From Vulcanimicrobiota bacterium (GTDB lineage: Bacteria > Vulcanimicrobiota > Vulcanimicrobiia > Vulcanimicrobiales > Vulcanimicrobiaceae), in assembly GCA_963714015.1 (NCBI GenBank), contig OY970223.1, positions 3,104,001-3,168,000 on the forward strand: DNA of 64,000 nt. Reading direction: 5' to 3'. How positions within the stretch are numbered: the stretch's first letter is position 1; every line of letters starts with the position of its first letter. Under the pieces are notes generated by a model. That model had not been told where the DNA came from, did no database searches, and saw only the letters and a program-made list of their open reading frames with translations. The translations under genes were made by a program, and so were the position numbers. Of this stretch, positions 1 to 10,619 are shown piece after piece.

Positions 1-403
1 CGGCGTGCGCGTTCGTGATTTTGGTACAGGCGGCATGTACCTCGCGCTCGAGCTGCTCTCGGGATACCATCTGGCAATCATCGTCGACGCGATCGCGCGT
101 GACGATCCGCCGGGCACGGTGTTCGCCATCGAGCCGCAAGAAGCGTTGGCGAACTTGACGCCGTCCGCCGATCCGCATGCGATGGACGTGCGCAGCGTGC
201 TGACGCTCTACGAGCAAATGTGCGCGCATAGTCCGGACGTGACGAGGCCGAAAGTCCTGATAGCCGGATGTGTTCCGCAGACGCTCGATCCCGGCATGGA
301 CCTGAGCGAACCGGTACGCGCCGCCGTTCCGACTTGTACGGATCTGATTTCCCGGCTCGCGCACGAAGCATCCGGGTTCCCTAGTACTGGAGTCGAAGTA
401 TGA
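1..403 (+). CDS. Hydrogenase maturation protease (HybD/HyaD family), 5'-truncated by window edge
   Basis: DFGTGG..L, IIVDA, DPHAMD and GCVP..L..GMDLS.PV motifs; directly upstream of hypCDE. Confidence 0.85.
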   Translation, partial: GVRVRDFGTGGMYLALELLSGYHLAIIVDAIARDDPPGTVFAIEPQEALANLTPSADPHAMDVRSVLTLYEQMCAHSPDVTRPKVLIAGCVPQTLDPGMDLSEPVRAAVPTCTDLISRLAHEASGFPSTGVEV

Positions 404-660
404 AAAAACGCAAGGTCTTGGGCGCCATTGCAGCTCTCGCCGCCCTTTACGCGGTGCGTATGACGCTTAAATTAGCCGGAGAGTTCCGCCGTTACAACCG
501 CATCCTTTCGATGTCGAACGAAGGGACAGTTCAACAGGAGTTTCCCGAATTGATGCTCCAAGTCATGACGCAGGAACGGCAAACCGCCAAGGAATGGAAG
601 ACGTTCCTGAAATCGGCGCCTAAAGATTTAGCGCGGTACATGAAGATCGAGTCGATGTAA
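400..660 (+). CDS. Small membrane-anchored hydrogenase-cluster protein (DUF6893-like)
   Basis: N-terminal hydrophobic helix; ends DLARYMKIESM; ATGA overlap with the protease gene. Confidence 0.6.
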   Translation: MKKRKVLGAIAALAALYAVRMTLKLAGEFRRYNRILSMSNEGTVQQEFPELMLQVMTQERQTAKEWKTFLKSAPKDLARYMKIESM

Positions 661-661
661 C

Positions 662-934
662 ATGTGCTTGGCGATTCCAGGCAAGATCGTAGAGTTTTCG
701 GCGGACCAGCCGCTGCTTGCAAAGATTGACGTCGCCGGCGTCCGGCGCTCCGTAAACATCGGACTGCTCGCGGACGAGCCGCTCGAGCTTGGGGACTGGG
801 TGCTGATCCACGTCGGTTTCGCGATGAGCAAGATCGGCGAACGTGAAGCGCAGGATCAGCTTACGATGATCGCGGCGCTCGGCGAAGACCAGCAGGCAAT
901 GGACGAAGTACGGGGTTACACGTTCGCGCCGTGA
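662..934 (+). CDS. hypC: Hydrogenase assembly chaperone HypC
   Basis: MCLAIPGK start; GDWVLIHVGFA. Confidence 0.97.
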   Translation: MCLAIPGKIVEFSADQPLLAKIDVAGVRRSVNIGLLADEPLELGDWVLIHVGFAMSKIGEREAQDQLTMIAALGEDQQAMDEVRGYTFAP

Positions 935-2037
935 GATACGTCGACGAATTCCGCGACGCCGGTCTGATCGCAAAGCTCGCCCGCGAGATCGCAAAGACCG
1001 TCGAGCCCGGCTACCACTATCGGATTATGGAAGTCTGCGGGGGTCACACGCACTCGATCTACCGCCACGGACTGCGCGACGTTCTTCCCGCAAATATCCA
1101 GCTCGTCCATGGCCCCGGCTGTCCGGTTTGTGTGCTTCCCATGGGGCGTGTCGACGATGGACTTTCCGTCGCGGAGCGGCCGAATAGCGTGCTCGCCGCG
1201 TTCGGCGACATGATGCGAGTTCCGGGTACTAAAGGTACGCCGCTGGAGTACAAAGCGCGCGGCTGCGACGTGCGAATGGTATATTCGCCGCTCGACGCCT
1301 TACGAGTCGCCCAAAACGAACCGGATAAGCACATCTGCTTTTTTGCGATCGGATTCGAAACGACGGCACCCTCGACGGCTCTGACGATTCTGCGCGCCAA
1401 GGCGCTCGAAGTGAGCAATTTCAGCGTTTTCTGCAATCACGTGACCATTCTGCCTGCGATTCGCGCCATACTCGATTCGCCGGACATGCGCATCGACGGC
1501 TTCATCGGCCCGGGACACGTGTCGACGATTACGGGCTGCCGTCCGTATGAATTCATCGCGCAGCATTATCGTAAGCCCGTCGTCATCTCGGGCTTTGAGC
1601 CGGTCGATTTGCTGGAGGGGATTCTCATGGTGCTGCGGCAACTGCGCGCACGCGAAGCGAGAGTCGAAAACCAGTACCGCCGGATCGTGCCCTGGAATGG
1701 AAATGGCGCTGCCATGCGGGCAATGTCGGACGTTTTCGAGTTGCGGCCGTATTTCGAGTGGCGCGGTCTCGGTTTCATTTCGCAGTCGGCACTGAAGATC
1801 AAGAACGCATACGCTCAATACGATAGTGAAGCGCGATTCGAGCTGCCGGGCATCCGCGTCACGGATCCCAAAGCGGCGCAATGCGGCGAAGTGCTCAAGG
1901 GCGTGCTTTCACCGCCGCAGTGCAAACTGTTCGGCGCTGCCTGCACGCCCGAGCATCCGATCGGGGCGCTCATGGTGTCGAGCGAAGGCGCGTGTGCGGC
2001 GTATTATCGTTACGTCGCCAAGCCGGTCGAAGCATGA
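931..2037 (+). CDS. hypD: Hydrogenase formation protein HypD
   Basis: MEVCGGHTH, GPGCPVC, GFETT, PGHVS, GALMVSSEGACAAYY. Confidence 0.98.
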   Translation: MRYVDEFRDAGLIAKLAREIAKTVEPGYHYRIMEVCGGHTHSIYRHGLRDVLPANIQLVHGPGCPVCVLPMGRVDDGLSVAERPNSVLAAFGDMMRVPGTKGTPLEYKARGCDVRMVYSPLDALRVAQNEPDKHICFFAIGFETTAPSTALTILRAKALEVSNFSVFCNHVTILPAIRAILDSPDMRIDGFIGPGHVSTITGCRPYEFIAQHYRKPVVISGFEPVDLLEGILMVLRQLRAREARVENQYRRIVPWNGNGAAMRAMSDVFELRPYFEWRGLGFISQSALKIKNAYAQYDSEARFELPGIRVTDPKAAQCGEVLKGVLSPPQCKLFGAACTPEHPIGALMVSSEGACAAYYRYVAKPVEA

Positions 2038-3059
2038 AAACGCGAGTACATATTCCGCAGATAGAAATGGCGCACGGCGCGGGCGGAAAGGCGACTCGTC
2101 GCCTTATCGAAGGCATCATCGCGCCGGCGTTTTCGAATCCGGCGCTTGACGCGCTCTCCGATGCGGCGATGCTGACGATCGCCGGTACGCGGGTAGCGAC
2201 GACCGCCGACGGATTCGTCGTCAAGCCTCTGGCGTTTGCCGGCGGATCGATCGGATCGCTCGCCGTGCACGGGACGATTAATGACTTGGCCGTTTCGGGT
2301 GCGCGCCCCATCGCGTTGATGGCGACGCTTATTCTCGAAGCCGGTTTGCCGGGCGAAACGCTGGAGCGTGAAATCGACGCGATGGCGCAAGCGGCGCGAC
2401 GTTGCGGAGTCGACGTGATCGGCGGCGACACGAAGGTCGTCGAACACGGTATGGCCGACGGAATGTATGTCTCGACATTCGGGATCGGAATCGTGGACGA
2501 GCGATTGACGCTGGGACCGCAACAGGTGCGCACGGGCGATCGGGTTCTGCTCTCCGGCCCCATTGGAGATCACGGCATTACGATTTTGCTCGCGCGCGGC
2601 GAATTGGAGCTGGAAGCCGAGATTCAATCCGATACGCGTGCCGTGACGCCGTTCGTCGAAGCGCTCTGCGCGGCGGCGCCGGCGGGACTGCGCTGGATGC
2701 GGGATCCGACGCGCGGCGGCGTTGCAACTGCGCTGAACGAGCTCGCGCGGGATTCGCATTTGGGAGTCGTGCTCGATGAAGAAGCGATTCCGATGCGCGA
2801 CGCGGTTCGAGGCGCCTGCGAAATACTCGGGCTGGATCCGCTCCACATTGCCAACGAAGGGCAATTCCTTGCAGTCGTTGCACCCGAGCACGCCGATGCA
2901 GCGCTGAGCGCCGTTCGCTCCGTCAAGGGCGGCGAAGAGGCGGCACTCATCGGCGAAATTGCATCCGATAAGGCCGCAACGGTCATCACGCGCACGCAAT
3001 ATGGCGGGACGCGCGTCGTCGACATGCTCGTCGGCGATCCGTTGCCGCGCATCTGCTGA
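2034..3059 (+). CDS. hypE: Carbamoyl dehydratase HypE
   Basis: AHGAGG, GGDTKVV, RDPTRGG, ANEG, C-terminal PRIC; ATG at 2034 overlaps the hypD stop. Confidence 0.97.
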   Translation: MKTRVHIPQIEMAHGAGGKATRRLIEGIIAPAFSNPALDALSDAAMLTIAGTRVATTADGFVVKPLAFAGGSIGSLAVHGTINDLAVSGARPIALMATLILEAGLPGETLEREIDAMAQAARRCGVDVIGGDTKVVEHGMADGMYVSTFGIGIVDERLTLGPQQVRTGDRVLLSGPIGDHGITILLARGELELEAEIQSDTRAVTPFVEALCAAAPAGLRWMRDPTRGGVATALNELARDSHLGVVLDEEAIPMRDAVRGACEILGLDPLHIANEGQFLAVVAPEHADAALSAVRSVKGGEEAALIGEIASDKAATVITRTQYGGTRVVDMLVGDPLPRIC

Positions 3060-3061
3060 CA

Positions 3062-4253
3062 ATGCTGCACGCGCCGGCGGAAGCGTTCGTTCGCGACCGC
3101 GTTCTCGCGCGAAACGTCCCCTGCCGGCTTTTCTTCGAACGCGAGGCGGAGCGTCTGGCGCGTGCATGCGCCGAAATGGCGTCACGGTTTGCGCGCGGCG
3201 GCAGGCTGCTCGCATTCGGGCACGGCGCCTACGCCACCGATGCAATGCACCTTTCCGTTGAGTTCATTCACCCGGTGATTGTCGGTAAACGCGCACTCCC
3301 CGCGCTCGACGTAAGCATGGCTCCGGAGGCGTTCGTTGCCGCGCTGGCCGGCGAAGACGACATGGTCTTAGCGCTCGGGCCCCCCGGCGGCGATCCGGCA
3401 TGCATGGAGTCAATCACCCGCGCATCGCGCCGCAACGCGATGACCATCGCCTGGCCCGGCGGCATGCACGATGCCGACTACGCCGTAGAGGCGCCCAGCG
3501 CGGACGTCCATCTGCACCAGGAACTTTTTGAATTGCTCGGCCACACGATGTACGAATCGGTGCACGTTTTCCTCGAACATCTTTCGGCAGATTATGCTGC
3601 CGATAGCATCTCTAGCGGCGGCGATTTCGATTTTCTCTATCCATTCTTAGAACAAAGGAGTACTTCTCCCGATGCACTCGCCGAAGAAGTTTGCGCATCG
3701 ATTCGCATGAAATGCGCCGACGCAAACGAACTGCGCGAGCGCGTTGCGCGGGAAGAATGCGAGGCAATAGCCGCCGCCGTGCGGGCGATTCAAGGTCGAC
3801 TGCGGGAAGGTGGGCGCATTTTGGCGTTCGGTAACGGCGGCTCCGCGACGGATGCGACCGATTTCGTCATGGATTGCGTCATGCCGGAATGCGCGTGGGA
3901 CCCGATCCCTGCGATTTCTCTCGCACTCGAACCGGCGGTGCTTACCGCAACGGCTAACGACGTCGGAGTCGACGTCATGTTCTTACGCCAGCTGATAGCG
4001 CAATCGTCGCCCAAGGACGTCGCGTTTGCGTTTTCCACCAGCGGCGGTTCCCGTAACGTGGTCGCTGCTTTGGAAGAAGCGCGAAAGCGCGGCCTGCTCA
4101 CGATCGCACTGCTCGGCTACGACGGAGGCGAGATCGTGCGCCGGCACCTTGCGGACGTCGCGATCGTCGTACGTTCCGATTACGTTCCGCGCATTCAAGA
4201 AGCGCAAGGCGACGGTCTATCATGTGCTGCGCGAGGCGCTTGCGCGTGCTTGA
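3062..4253 (+). CDS. Tandem SIS-domain protein, phosphoheptose isomerase (GmhA)-like; apparent frameshift near 4207
   Basis: Two GG(R)LLAFG repeats; second has FGNGGSATDA, TATAND, STSGGS.N, RIQE; C-terminus ATVYHVLREALARA* lies in another frame ending at 4253. Confidence 0.8.
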
Positions 4254-4477
4254 ACTATTCGGAACTTCAACATGCCCGTACACGGCGCAGATGCGCGAGG
4301 ATCTCCAGTGGCGGCGAGAAGCATTCATCGAATACGACGTGGAGCGCGACGCCGCGGCCTTGAGGCGAATGCTGGACATCTCCGGCGGCGACCGTACGGT
4401 TCCGCTTCTCAGCTCGAGATGGACGCCTGCTGCAGATAGGCTTCGAGGGGCGCGGCTGTTATGCAGGCGGCACCTAA
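4246..4477 (+). CDS. Glutaredoxin-like protein (CPYT, C-terminal GRGC); apparent frameshift near 4412
   Basis: GTG 4246 gives VLELFGTSTCPYT...EYDVE...RTVP; after a shift DGRLLQIGFEGRGCYAGGT*. Confidence 0.75.
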
Positions 4478-6695
4478 GCACGCGCGCCGGTTGCGAATCG
4501 CCGGTGTGGTGCAGGGTGTGGGCTTTCGACCGTTCGTCTATCGTGAAGCGGTCCAGCGCGGCTTGACCGGCTGGGTCTTGAACGGCGAATCGGGCGTGGA
4601 GATTTACGCGGAAGGCACGCGGGACGCGCTTGAAGCGTTCGAGCAGGTACTTCGCACGCGCGCACCGGCAGCGGCGTCTATCGCTTCGTTCGATTCGTCA
4701 ACCGTGCTGCCGGAAGGCTTTGCCGCCTTCGAGATTCGCGAAAGCGAACGGGCCGGCGCGCCGACGGTCCGGGTTTGCGGCGACCTTGCGATTTGTGAAG
4801 AGTGCTTGCGCGAATTGTTCGATCCGGCGGATCGCCGGTACCGTTATCCGTACATCAATTGCACGGACTGCGGACCGCGGTATTCGATTTTGCGCGCCCT
4901 CCCTTACGATCGCCCGCAGACGACGATGCGTGAGTGGCCGATGTGCGCTCAGTGCCGCGACGAATACGAAGACCCTTTCGATCGCCGTTTTCATGCTCAG
5001 CCTGTGGCGTGTCCGAAATGCGGCCCCACGACGATTCTGGAGCAGAAGGATGCATCGCTGCGCGGCTATAGCGCCATCGCTCGAGCCGCGCTGCTTTTGC
5101 GCGAGGGCGCGATCGTTGCAGTCAAAGGCCTTGGGGGATATCACCTGGCGTGCGACGCGCACAATGCCGGCGCGGTGGAGGCACTTCGCGAGCGCAAGTA
5201 TCGCAAAGAACGTCCGTTTGCCCTCATGGTTCGCGACGCGGCATGCGCTAAAAAACTGGTCGCGCTCGATCCGCAGTCCGAGCGCATTCTGGCATCGGCC
5301 GTTCGGCCGATCGTGCTCGCGCCGGCAAAGGCGCAACTCGCGGGTGTTGCACCGGATAATGCCGACCTGGGCGTGATGATTGCGTACACGCCAGTACACC
5401 ATTTGCTGTTCGAAGCCGGTGCCCCGCCGGTTTTGGTGATGACCAGTGCAAACCGGTCGAGCGAACCGATTGCCTATCTCGACGAGGACGCTCGAGACTC
5501 GCTTGCGGGGATCGCCGACGCGCTGCTTATCGGCGAACGAGAGATTGCACGCCGCATGGACGACAGCGTCGTTTCTTCTATCGGCGTCGTTCGTCACGCT
5601 CGCGGCTTGGCGCCGCAGGCAGTTGCGGCACTGCCGTCCGATCGCCCAATCATTGCCGTGGGCGCAGATCTGAAGAATTCCGTGGCACTTGCGGTCGGCG
5701 GCCAACTCTTCATGAGCCAGTACGTCGGCGATTTGGAATACTTCGAAGCGTTCGAGTCTTTCACAGCGACGATCGATGACCTCAGCGCGCTCTACGAGCT
5801 GGCGATCGAGGACGCGCTCATCGCGCACGACGCGCATCCCGAGTATCGCTCCAGCTCGCATGCCGCGCAACTCGGCGGCAGATGCTGCGCCGTGCAGCAC
5901 CATCGCGCGCATGTCGCAAGCGTTCTAGCCGAACGTCAATCTTTCGATGAACCCGTACTTGGGTTTGCGTTTGACGGAACCGGTTACGGTGAAGACGGAA
6001 CCATTTGGGGCGGCGAGGTGTTCACCGGCGATCTCACGCGCGGATTCGTTCGCAGCTCGCATTTACGGCCGGCGCTTCTCCCGGGCGGTGATGCAGCCGC
6101 ACGGTTTCCGGCCCAGGCCGCCGCTGGTTTCTTGTCTTGCTGCGAAAGTTTACTCGACGTGGACTTCACGCGAGCGCCGTTCGATTTTCCGCCACGCTAT
6201 CGCGACGCGTGCAAGATGCTGGAACGCAACGTGCGCATCTTCGAGACGACTTCGATGGGCCGCCTGTTCGATACCGTGGCCGCGCTCCTCGGGTTCACGC
6301 GCGAAATTACCTTCGAGGCGCAGGCCGCGATGTGGCTCGAACATCTGGCGCGATCGGCGCCGGCCGTTGCGCCCTATGCGTTCCCGTTCCAGAACGGCGA
6401 GCTCGATTACCGCCCGCTGCTCGCGCAGATCGTCGCGGATCGGCGGCGCGGCAGAGACGTATCGGAATGTGCTCGGGCCTTCCACGCGGCAATCGTGCAG
6501 GGGATACTTGCGATCGTGCGCGAGTTTACGTACGAGCACGTCGTCATTTCCGGCGGCGTTTTTCAAAACGTGCTGCTCGTGAACGGCCTGCAAGACGAGC
6601 TCGGCGAACGCTTATGGACCAATCGGATCGTTCCGGCTAACGACGGAGGAATTTGCGTCGGCCAAGCCGCCATCGCGGCAATGTCCTGCTCCTAA
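4461..6695 (+). CDS. hypF: Carbamoyltransferase HypF
   Basis: GVVQGVGFRPF acylphosphatase domain, CxxC zinc fingers, KGLGGYHL, QHHRAH, PANDGGI..GQ. Confidence 0.98.
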   Translation: MQAAPKHARRLRIAGVVQGVGFRPFVYREAVQRGLTGWVLNGESGVEIYAEGTRDALEAFEQVLRTRAPAAASIASFDSSTVLPEGFAAFEIRESERAGAPTVRVCGDLAICEECLRELFDPADRRYRYPYINCTDCGPRYSILRALPYDRPQTTMREWPMCAQCRDEYEDPFDRRFHAQPVACPKCGPTTILEQKDASLRGYSAIARAALLLREGAIVAVKGLGGYHLACDAHNAGAVEALRERKYRKERPFALMVRDAACAKKLVALDPQSERILASAVRPIVLAPAKAQLAGVAPDNADLGVMIAYTPVHHLLFEAGAPPVLVMTSANRSSEPIAYLDEDARDSLAGIADALLIGEREIARRMDDSVVSSIGVVRHARGLAPQAVAALPSDRPIIAVGADLKNSVALAVGGQLFMSQYVGDLEYFEAFESFTATIDDLSALYELAIEDALIAHDAHPEYRSSSHAAQLGGRCCAVQHHRAHVASVLAERQSFDEPVLGFAFDGTGYGEDGTIWGGEVFTGDLTRGFVRSSHLRPALLPGGDAAARFPAQAAAGFLSCCESLLDVDFTRAPFDFPPRYRDACKMLERNVRIFETTSMGRLFDTVAALLGFTREITFEAQAAMWLEHLARSAPAVAPYAFPFQNGELDYRPLLAQIVADRRRGRDVSECARAFHAAIVQGILAIVREFTYEHVVISGGVFQNVLLVNGLQDELGERLWTNRIVPANDGGICVGQAAIAAMSCS

Positions 6696-6787
6696 TGCGC
6701 TAAGTAGGCAACCGGTGGAGAGCGACGAATGAAGGCTTCCCTCTTATGTTCGCCGACGTGACGAGCGCTTTGAAATGGAGAAGACCA

Positions 6788-7110
6788 TGGTCAAGACACT
6801 TTCGATTTTCGTCGTTGGTTTTTTGGTGCTGGGCCAATCGCAGAGCTGGGCCGGCACCGCGGGCAACGGCTCCGCGACCAGCGGCATGCCGGGAGTCAGC
6901 CTTCAGCAATTTCGCTATCGATCGGATGCGAAGAAGCATTGCCCGAGCGATACGGTTGTTTGGGGCAGCAGCGCGAATCGCGGGATCTTTTACACTAACG
7001 GCGCGGGCCCTTATTCTCTTAGCGCCGGAAAACGGGTACGGATCGCCGGCTTCTACGCCTGTACGGCTGATGTCAAGAAGGCTCGGTTAAAAATCGATTC
7101 CGGCGGCTGA
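6788..7110 (+). CDS. Small secreted hypothetical protein
   Basis: GGAG RBS, signal peptide, HCPSDTVVW...YAC Cys pair. Confidence 0.6.
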
Positions 7111-7179
7111 TCCCGTGTAGCGATTTCGCGCTCGCAGTAAGCCCTCGCGCGGAATGAACGGCAATGGCAACCTATTCAA

Positions 7180-7839
7180 GTGGAACCTAAATCCCGCATT
7201 ACAGCGGTTTCAATTCCGTCGGGCGAGATCGTGCTCGATGGCGATTTGACCAGGGCCGAAAATCCGCAAGGTTTGATTATTTTCGTGCACGGCAGCGGTA
7301 GCAGCCGCTTCAGCGCCCGAAATCGATACGTCGCGAGCATGCTCAACGGCGCCGGCTTTGCGACGCTGCTTGCCGACCTTCTCACGCCTGCAGAAGAGGC
7401 GATCGACGCCAAAACCGCAAGGCTGCGCTTCGATATTCCGATGCTCGCAGAACGCACCATACACATGATCGACTGGGCGCGTTCGGACGAATCCATTGGG
7501 TATCTTCCGGTCGGATTATTCGGCGCGAGCACGGGGGCCGCAGCAGCGATCATTGCGGCATCGCGGCGCCGGGAGGAAATCTGCGCCGTGGTCTCCCGCG
7601 GCGGCCGAGTGGATCTCGCGGACTCCGCGCTGGAACAACTGCATTCGCCGCTGCTCATGATTGCCGGCGGCTTGGACCTCGCCGTCTTGGATCTGCATGA
7701 GAAAGTCTTACCGCGGCTGAGATGCCGGCACCGCTATGAAATCGTGCCGCAAGCAGCGCATCTTTTTGAAGAGCCGGGAGCGCTGAACGCGGTTGCGTCC
7801 CTTGCCGCCGGCTGGTTTCAACGTTATCTAGAGATCTAA
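7180..7839 (+). CDS. Dienelactone hydrolase-family alpha/beta hydrolase
   Basis: HGSGSSRFS.RN, GASTGAAAA, VSRGGR.DLA, HLFEEPGAL. Confidence 0.9.
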   Translation: MEPKSRITAVSIPSGEIVLDGDLTRAENPQGLIIFVHGSGSSRFSARNRYVASMLNGAGFATLLADLLTPAEEAIDAKTARLRFDIPMLAERTIHMIDWARSDESIGYLPVGLFGASTGAAAAIIAASRRREEICAVVSRGGRVDLADSALEQLHSPLLMIAGGLDLAVLDLHEKVLPRLRCRHRYEIVPQAAHLFEEPGALNAVASLAAGWFQRYLEI

Positions 7840-7865
7840 ACCGGCATCCACCGGATGTTAGCCGC

Positions 7866-8447
7866 TCAATGCGGCTTTCGCCGCTCGAATAAGTCCAGAC
7901 GATACGTTTCCTTTGAGAAGCCGCACAAACGCCGGACCGCGGGACTAGACGCAAACATTTCGTGAACGTGTTCCGCCGAACACGCGTGTCCTTCGACCGG
8001 CGGCGTCCAGTGGACCAAAATGATGTGACCGCCGGAAGCCGCATGCAACACGACATTGTTTATCAGCGCGCGAAGATCGTCTTCTGAGAAGTAGTAACCC
8101 ACTTCGCATATTGTGGTGAGATCGAAATTTTCGCCCGGGTATTCCCGCGGCATGGTGCGCTGCTCGAAACGCACCTGCTGATGTTGCGCGCACCGCTGGG
8201 AGGCGTCCGCCAGCGCTTCAGGTGACACGTCGATAGCCAGCAGTTTCGCGCAGCGAGGTGCGAGCATATTCGTGAACACGCCTATCGAGCAGCCGATCTC
8301 CAGCGCGTTATCGTAGCGCTCTCGCGGCAGTGAAGCCAGCGTTGCTTCGTACTTGTGTTTTTCGTAAGGGCTTGCGATGAAGTTCCACGGGTCCGCTTCC
8401 CGTTTGTACAGATCGATGAAGTACTGCGGCGGCACGCTGTGGGACAC
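7866..8447 (-). CDS. SAM-dependent methyltransferase (NodS-like)
   Basis: DPW...S.YE..KY, LEIGCSIG, EVGYY, VHW; GTG start at 8447 inferred. Confidence 0.85.
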   Translation of the reverse strand: MSHSVPPQYFIDLYKREADPWNFIASPYEKHKYEATLASLPRERYDNALEIGCSIGVFTNMLAPRCAKLLAIDVSPEALADASQRCAQHQQVRFEQRTMPREYPGENFDLTTICEVGYYFSEDDLRALINNVVLHAASGGHIILVHWTPPVEGHACSAEHVHEMFASSPAVRRLCGFSKETYRLDLFERRKPH

Positions 8448-8491
8448 GCGAATTTGAACCCGAATCTTGCCGTAGAGCTCGGTTGCGTACC

Positions 8492-8979
8492 CTAGAGTTG
8501 CTTGAGCTTCCGAGCTCTGAACTGATTGCGGAGCTCCGTTTTGCCGCGTAGGCCTTGAGCGTCGCGTTTTGTCCGTGCTTGGCCTCTTGATTCTGCGTGT
8601 ATTGATTCTCGTTATCTGCAATGCGCAGTTCTCGCGCGAATGCATGGTCGAGTGTGGCGCCGCTCAGCCCTTGAATATTCGCGTAATGCAGCTGATCTTG
8701 GAGCTGCAAGCCCTTGGCAGGCTTGACGCCGTAGCGCTTTGCAATACCGCCCAGCATGCGCGAGTCGTGGGTCGCTTGCGAGGCAACGCTCTTTGCAAAC
8801 GATCGCGCGGCCGCAGAGCCATGCTGCGCTTCGTACGCCGCCATCGCATATCGCCCCAACTGAATCTGTATTGCCGTTTGAAGATACTTGGCGTCGGTGC
8901 CGTTCAACGAGGCCGCACTAGCGGCCGCCCCGAGCGAAAGCACGACGATCGCCACTAGAGAAAAGAACTTCACCGTCAC
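8492..8979 (-). CDS. Secreted DUF4142-like helical protein; probable frameshift near 8510
   Basis: Signal peptide, D..YL..A, L.G...D..F pattern; a 1-nt shift gives KLKQL* at 8492 and removes the overlap with the methyltransferase. Confidence 0.6.
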
Positions 8980-9245
8980 GATGCGAAGCGCTTTACAGCT
9001 CGTTCGCGCGCGCGAGCAGCCACGAGTTCGCGATCGCGGGGTGCTGCACTGGTGGAAAGCGAGGTAAGCAACGTCAAGGCAGAGGCGGCGATTTCGTCGA
9101 CGGCGCGGTTGAAAGCTTCCTCATTGGAATGGGAGGGCCGCGTAAAGCCGGATATCTTGCGCACGAACTGCAATGATGCTTCGCGGACTTCTTCCTTCGT
9201 AGCCTGCGGCTCGAAATTGAAAAGCGGTCGAATATTACGGCACAT
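8976..9245 (-). CDS. DUF2277 family protein
   Basis: MCRNI..LFNFEP.AT..E...ASLQFVRKISG. Confidence 0.9.
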   Translation of the reverse strand: MCRNIRPLFNFEPQATKEEVREASLQFVRKISGFTRPSHSNEEAFNRAVDEIAASALTLLTSLSTSAAPRDRELVAARARERAVKRFAS

Positions 9246-9449
9246 GCCGTCATAACACGAGGCGGAGCCGGATAAGTTCCGCGCATCCGTCGCGGCGAGC
9301 CTTCTTGCTCCCTTCCTAAGGCAAGCATGACGCTCGGGCGTTCACGAGGGCCTTAGTGACGTTCGATTCGCATCGCCCGGCAAGGAGACAAGCGTCGTTT
9401 ACGTTAACAACGACGCACTGCTCATACCAACAGATGATCGGAGTCTTTG

Positions 9450-10548
9450 ATGCGCAATAAAGTTTGCGTCGTATTGTTGGCAGCCGCTCTTTCGGCGTGT
9501 TCCAGCGGCTCTACGACGACGAATAGCGGTCTGCTTCCCAGCGCCAAGGGGTCCGCGGCCTCATCCCAGACGCTGAGATCGATCGCACGCACTTTGAGCG
9601 GCGCGAAAACACCGGTGTACGTCGGAACTAATTTTCGGACGCCTTTTTTCAATGTTTTCACCGACGCTGGTACCGCCGCGCCGTTTCCGCCGAAGGGCGC
9701 CCCGATTCGGACGCCGTTCAAGATGGGATTGTCTCTAGTCGGGCTGGATGGAAACATGTACGTCAGCTCGGAGAATCCGTCGCCGCCCCAGATCGTCGAG
9801 TACGGGCCATGGGGGCATAAGCTCATAAGGACTATCGACATCTCCGGCCTCGTTGATTCTTTCGCCGCCTCCAAGGTCGGGCGTCTGTACGTCGAGGAAA
9901 CGGTCAATGATGCTAAACACGTCAAAGTTTTCGAGTATCCTCCGGCTGCAACGACTCCGAGCCGCAGGCTTCGACGTCGGCACGTCCGGTGGAGTCGTCA
10001 GCGTCAGTCCTGCCGGCGACATCTACGCTGCCTCCGAGAATTTCAACACGAATATCGAAACCGTAAAGGTATTCAAGCCCAATACGAACGTGCCGGCGTA
10101 CTCGTTCTCTTTCCCCGCGCTGCTTCCAAGTTTCCAGTTCGACGGCGCGAGCAACCTTTACGTGGACACGATGGATTCATATGGCAATAATCGCGGCATT
10201 CTGGTGTACCCGCCGGGCTCGTCATCGCCCTCGTATGAAATCACGAACGGCGTAAGTAAGGTTAACGGCCTCTGCGTAAATCTGACGACCGGTACGCTCT
10301 ACGCCACCAATTATGACAGCACCATCGCCGTTTTCGCTCCGGGAGCCGCTTCGCCGTCCTACGTTATCGCGTCGCCTCCGAGCGGCACGAACGCCGGAGC
10401 GATCGCGGTGGATCGCTGGGATAATCTCTACGTGAACTATCAAAGCGGCAGCACGCCGTACGTTGCAATCTATGCGCCCGGATCGAGCACCATCGCGTCG
10501 CAGCTTTCAGTGCCGAACTCTTGGGGAGTCGCCATCAATTCGCGCTAG
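9450..10548 (+). CDS. Surface lipoprotein with NHL-like beta-propeller repeats; frameshift near 9967
   Basis: Lipobox AALSAC; repeated YPPG...PSY.I and D...NLYV units; ORFs 9447-10190 and 9853-10548 join by removing one G. Confidence 0.75.
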
Positions 10549-10567
10549 TAAACGTAAGCCGTAGATA

Positions 10568-10602
10568 AGAAGCCCGCGCAGCAAAACGCGGGCTTCTCTT
10601 TT
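10568..10602 (+). terminator. Intrinsic terminator
   Basis: AGAAGCCCGCG / CGCGGGCTTCT 11-bp stem followed by CTTTT, between convergent genes. Confidence 0.8.
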
Positions 10603-10619
10603 ACTATCCCGCTTGTGTG

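Noticed and set aside
4246..4477. Selenocysteine in the glutaredoxin C-terminus
   Set aside because: The codon is TGT (Cys) and the stop is TAA
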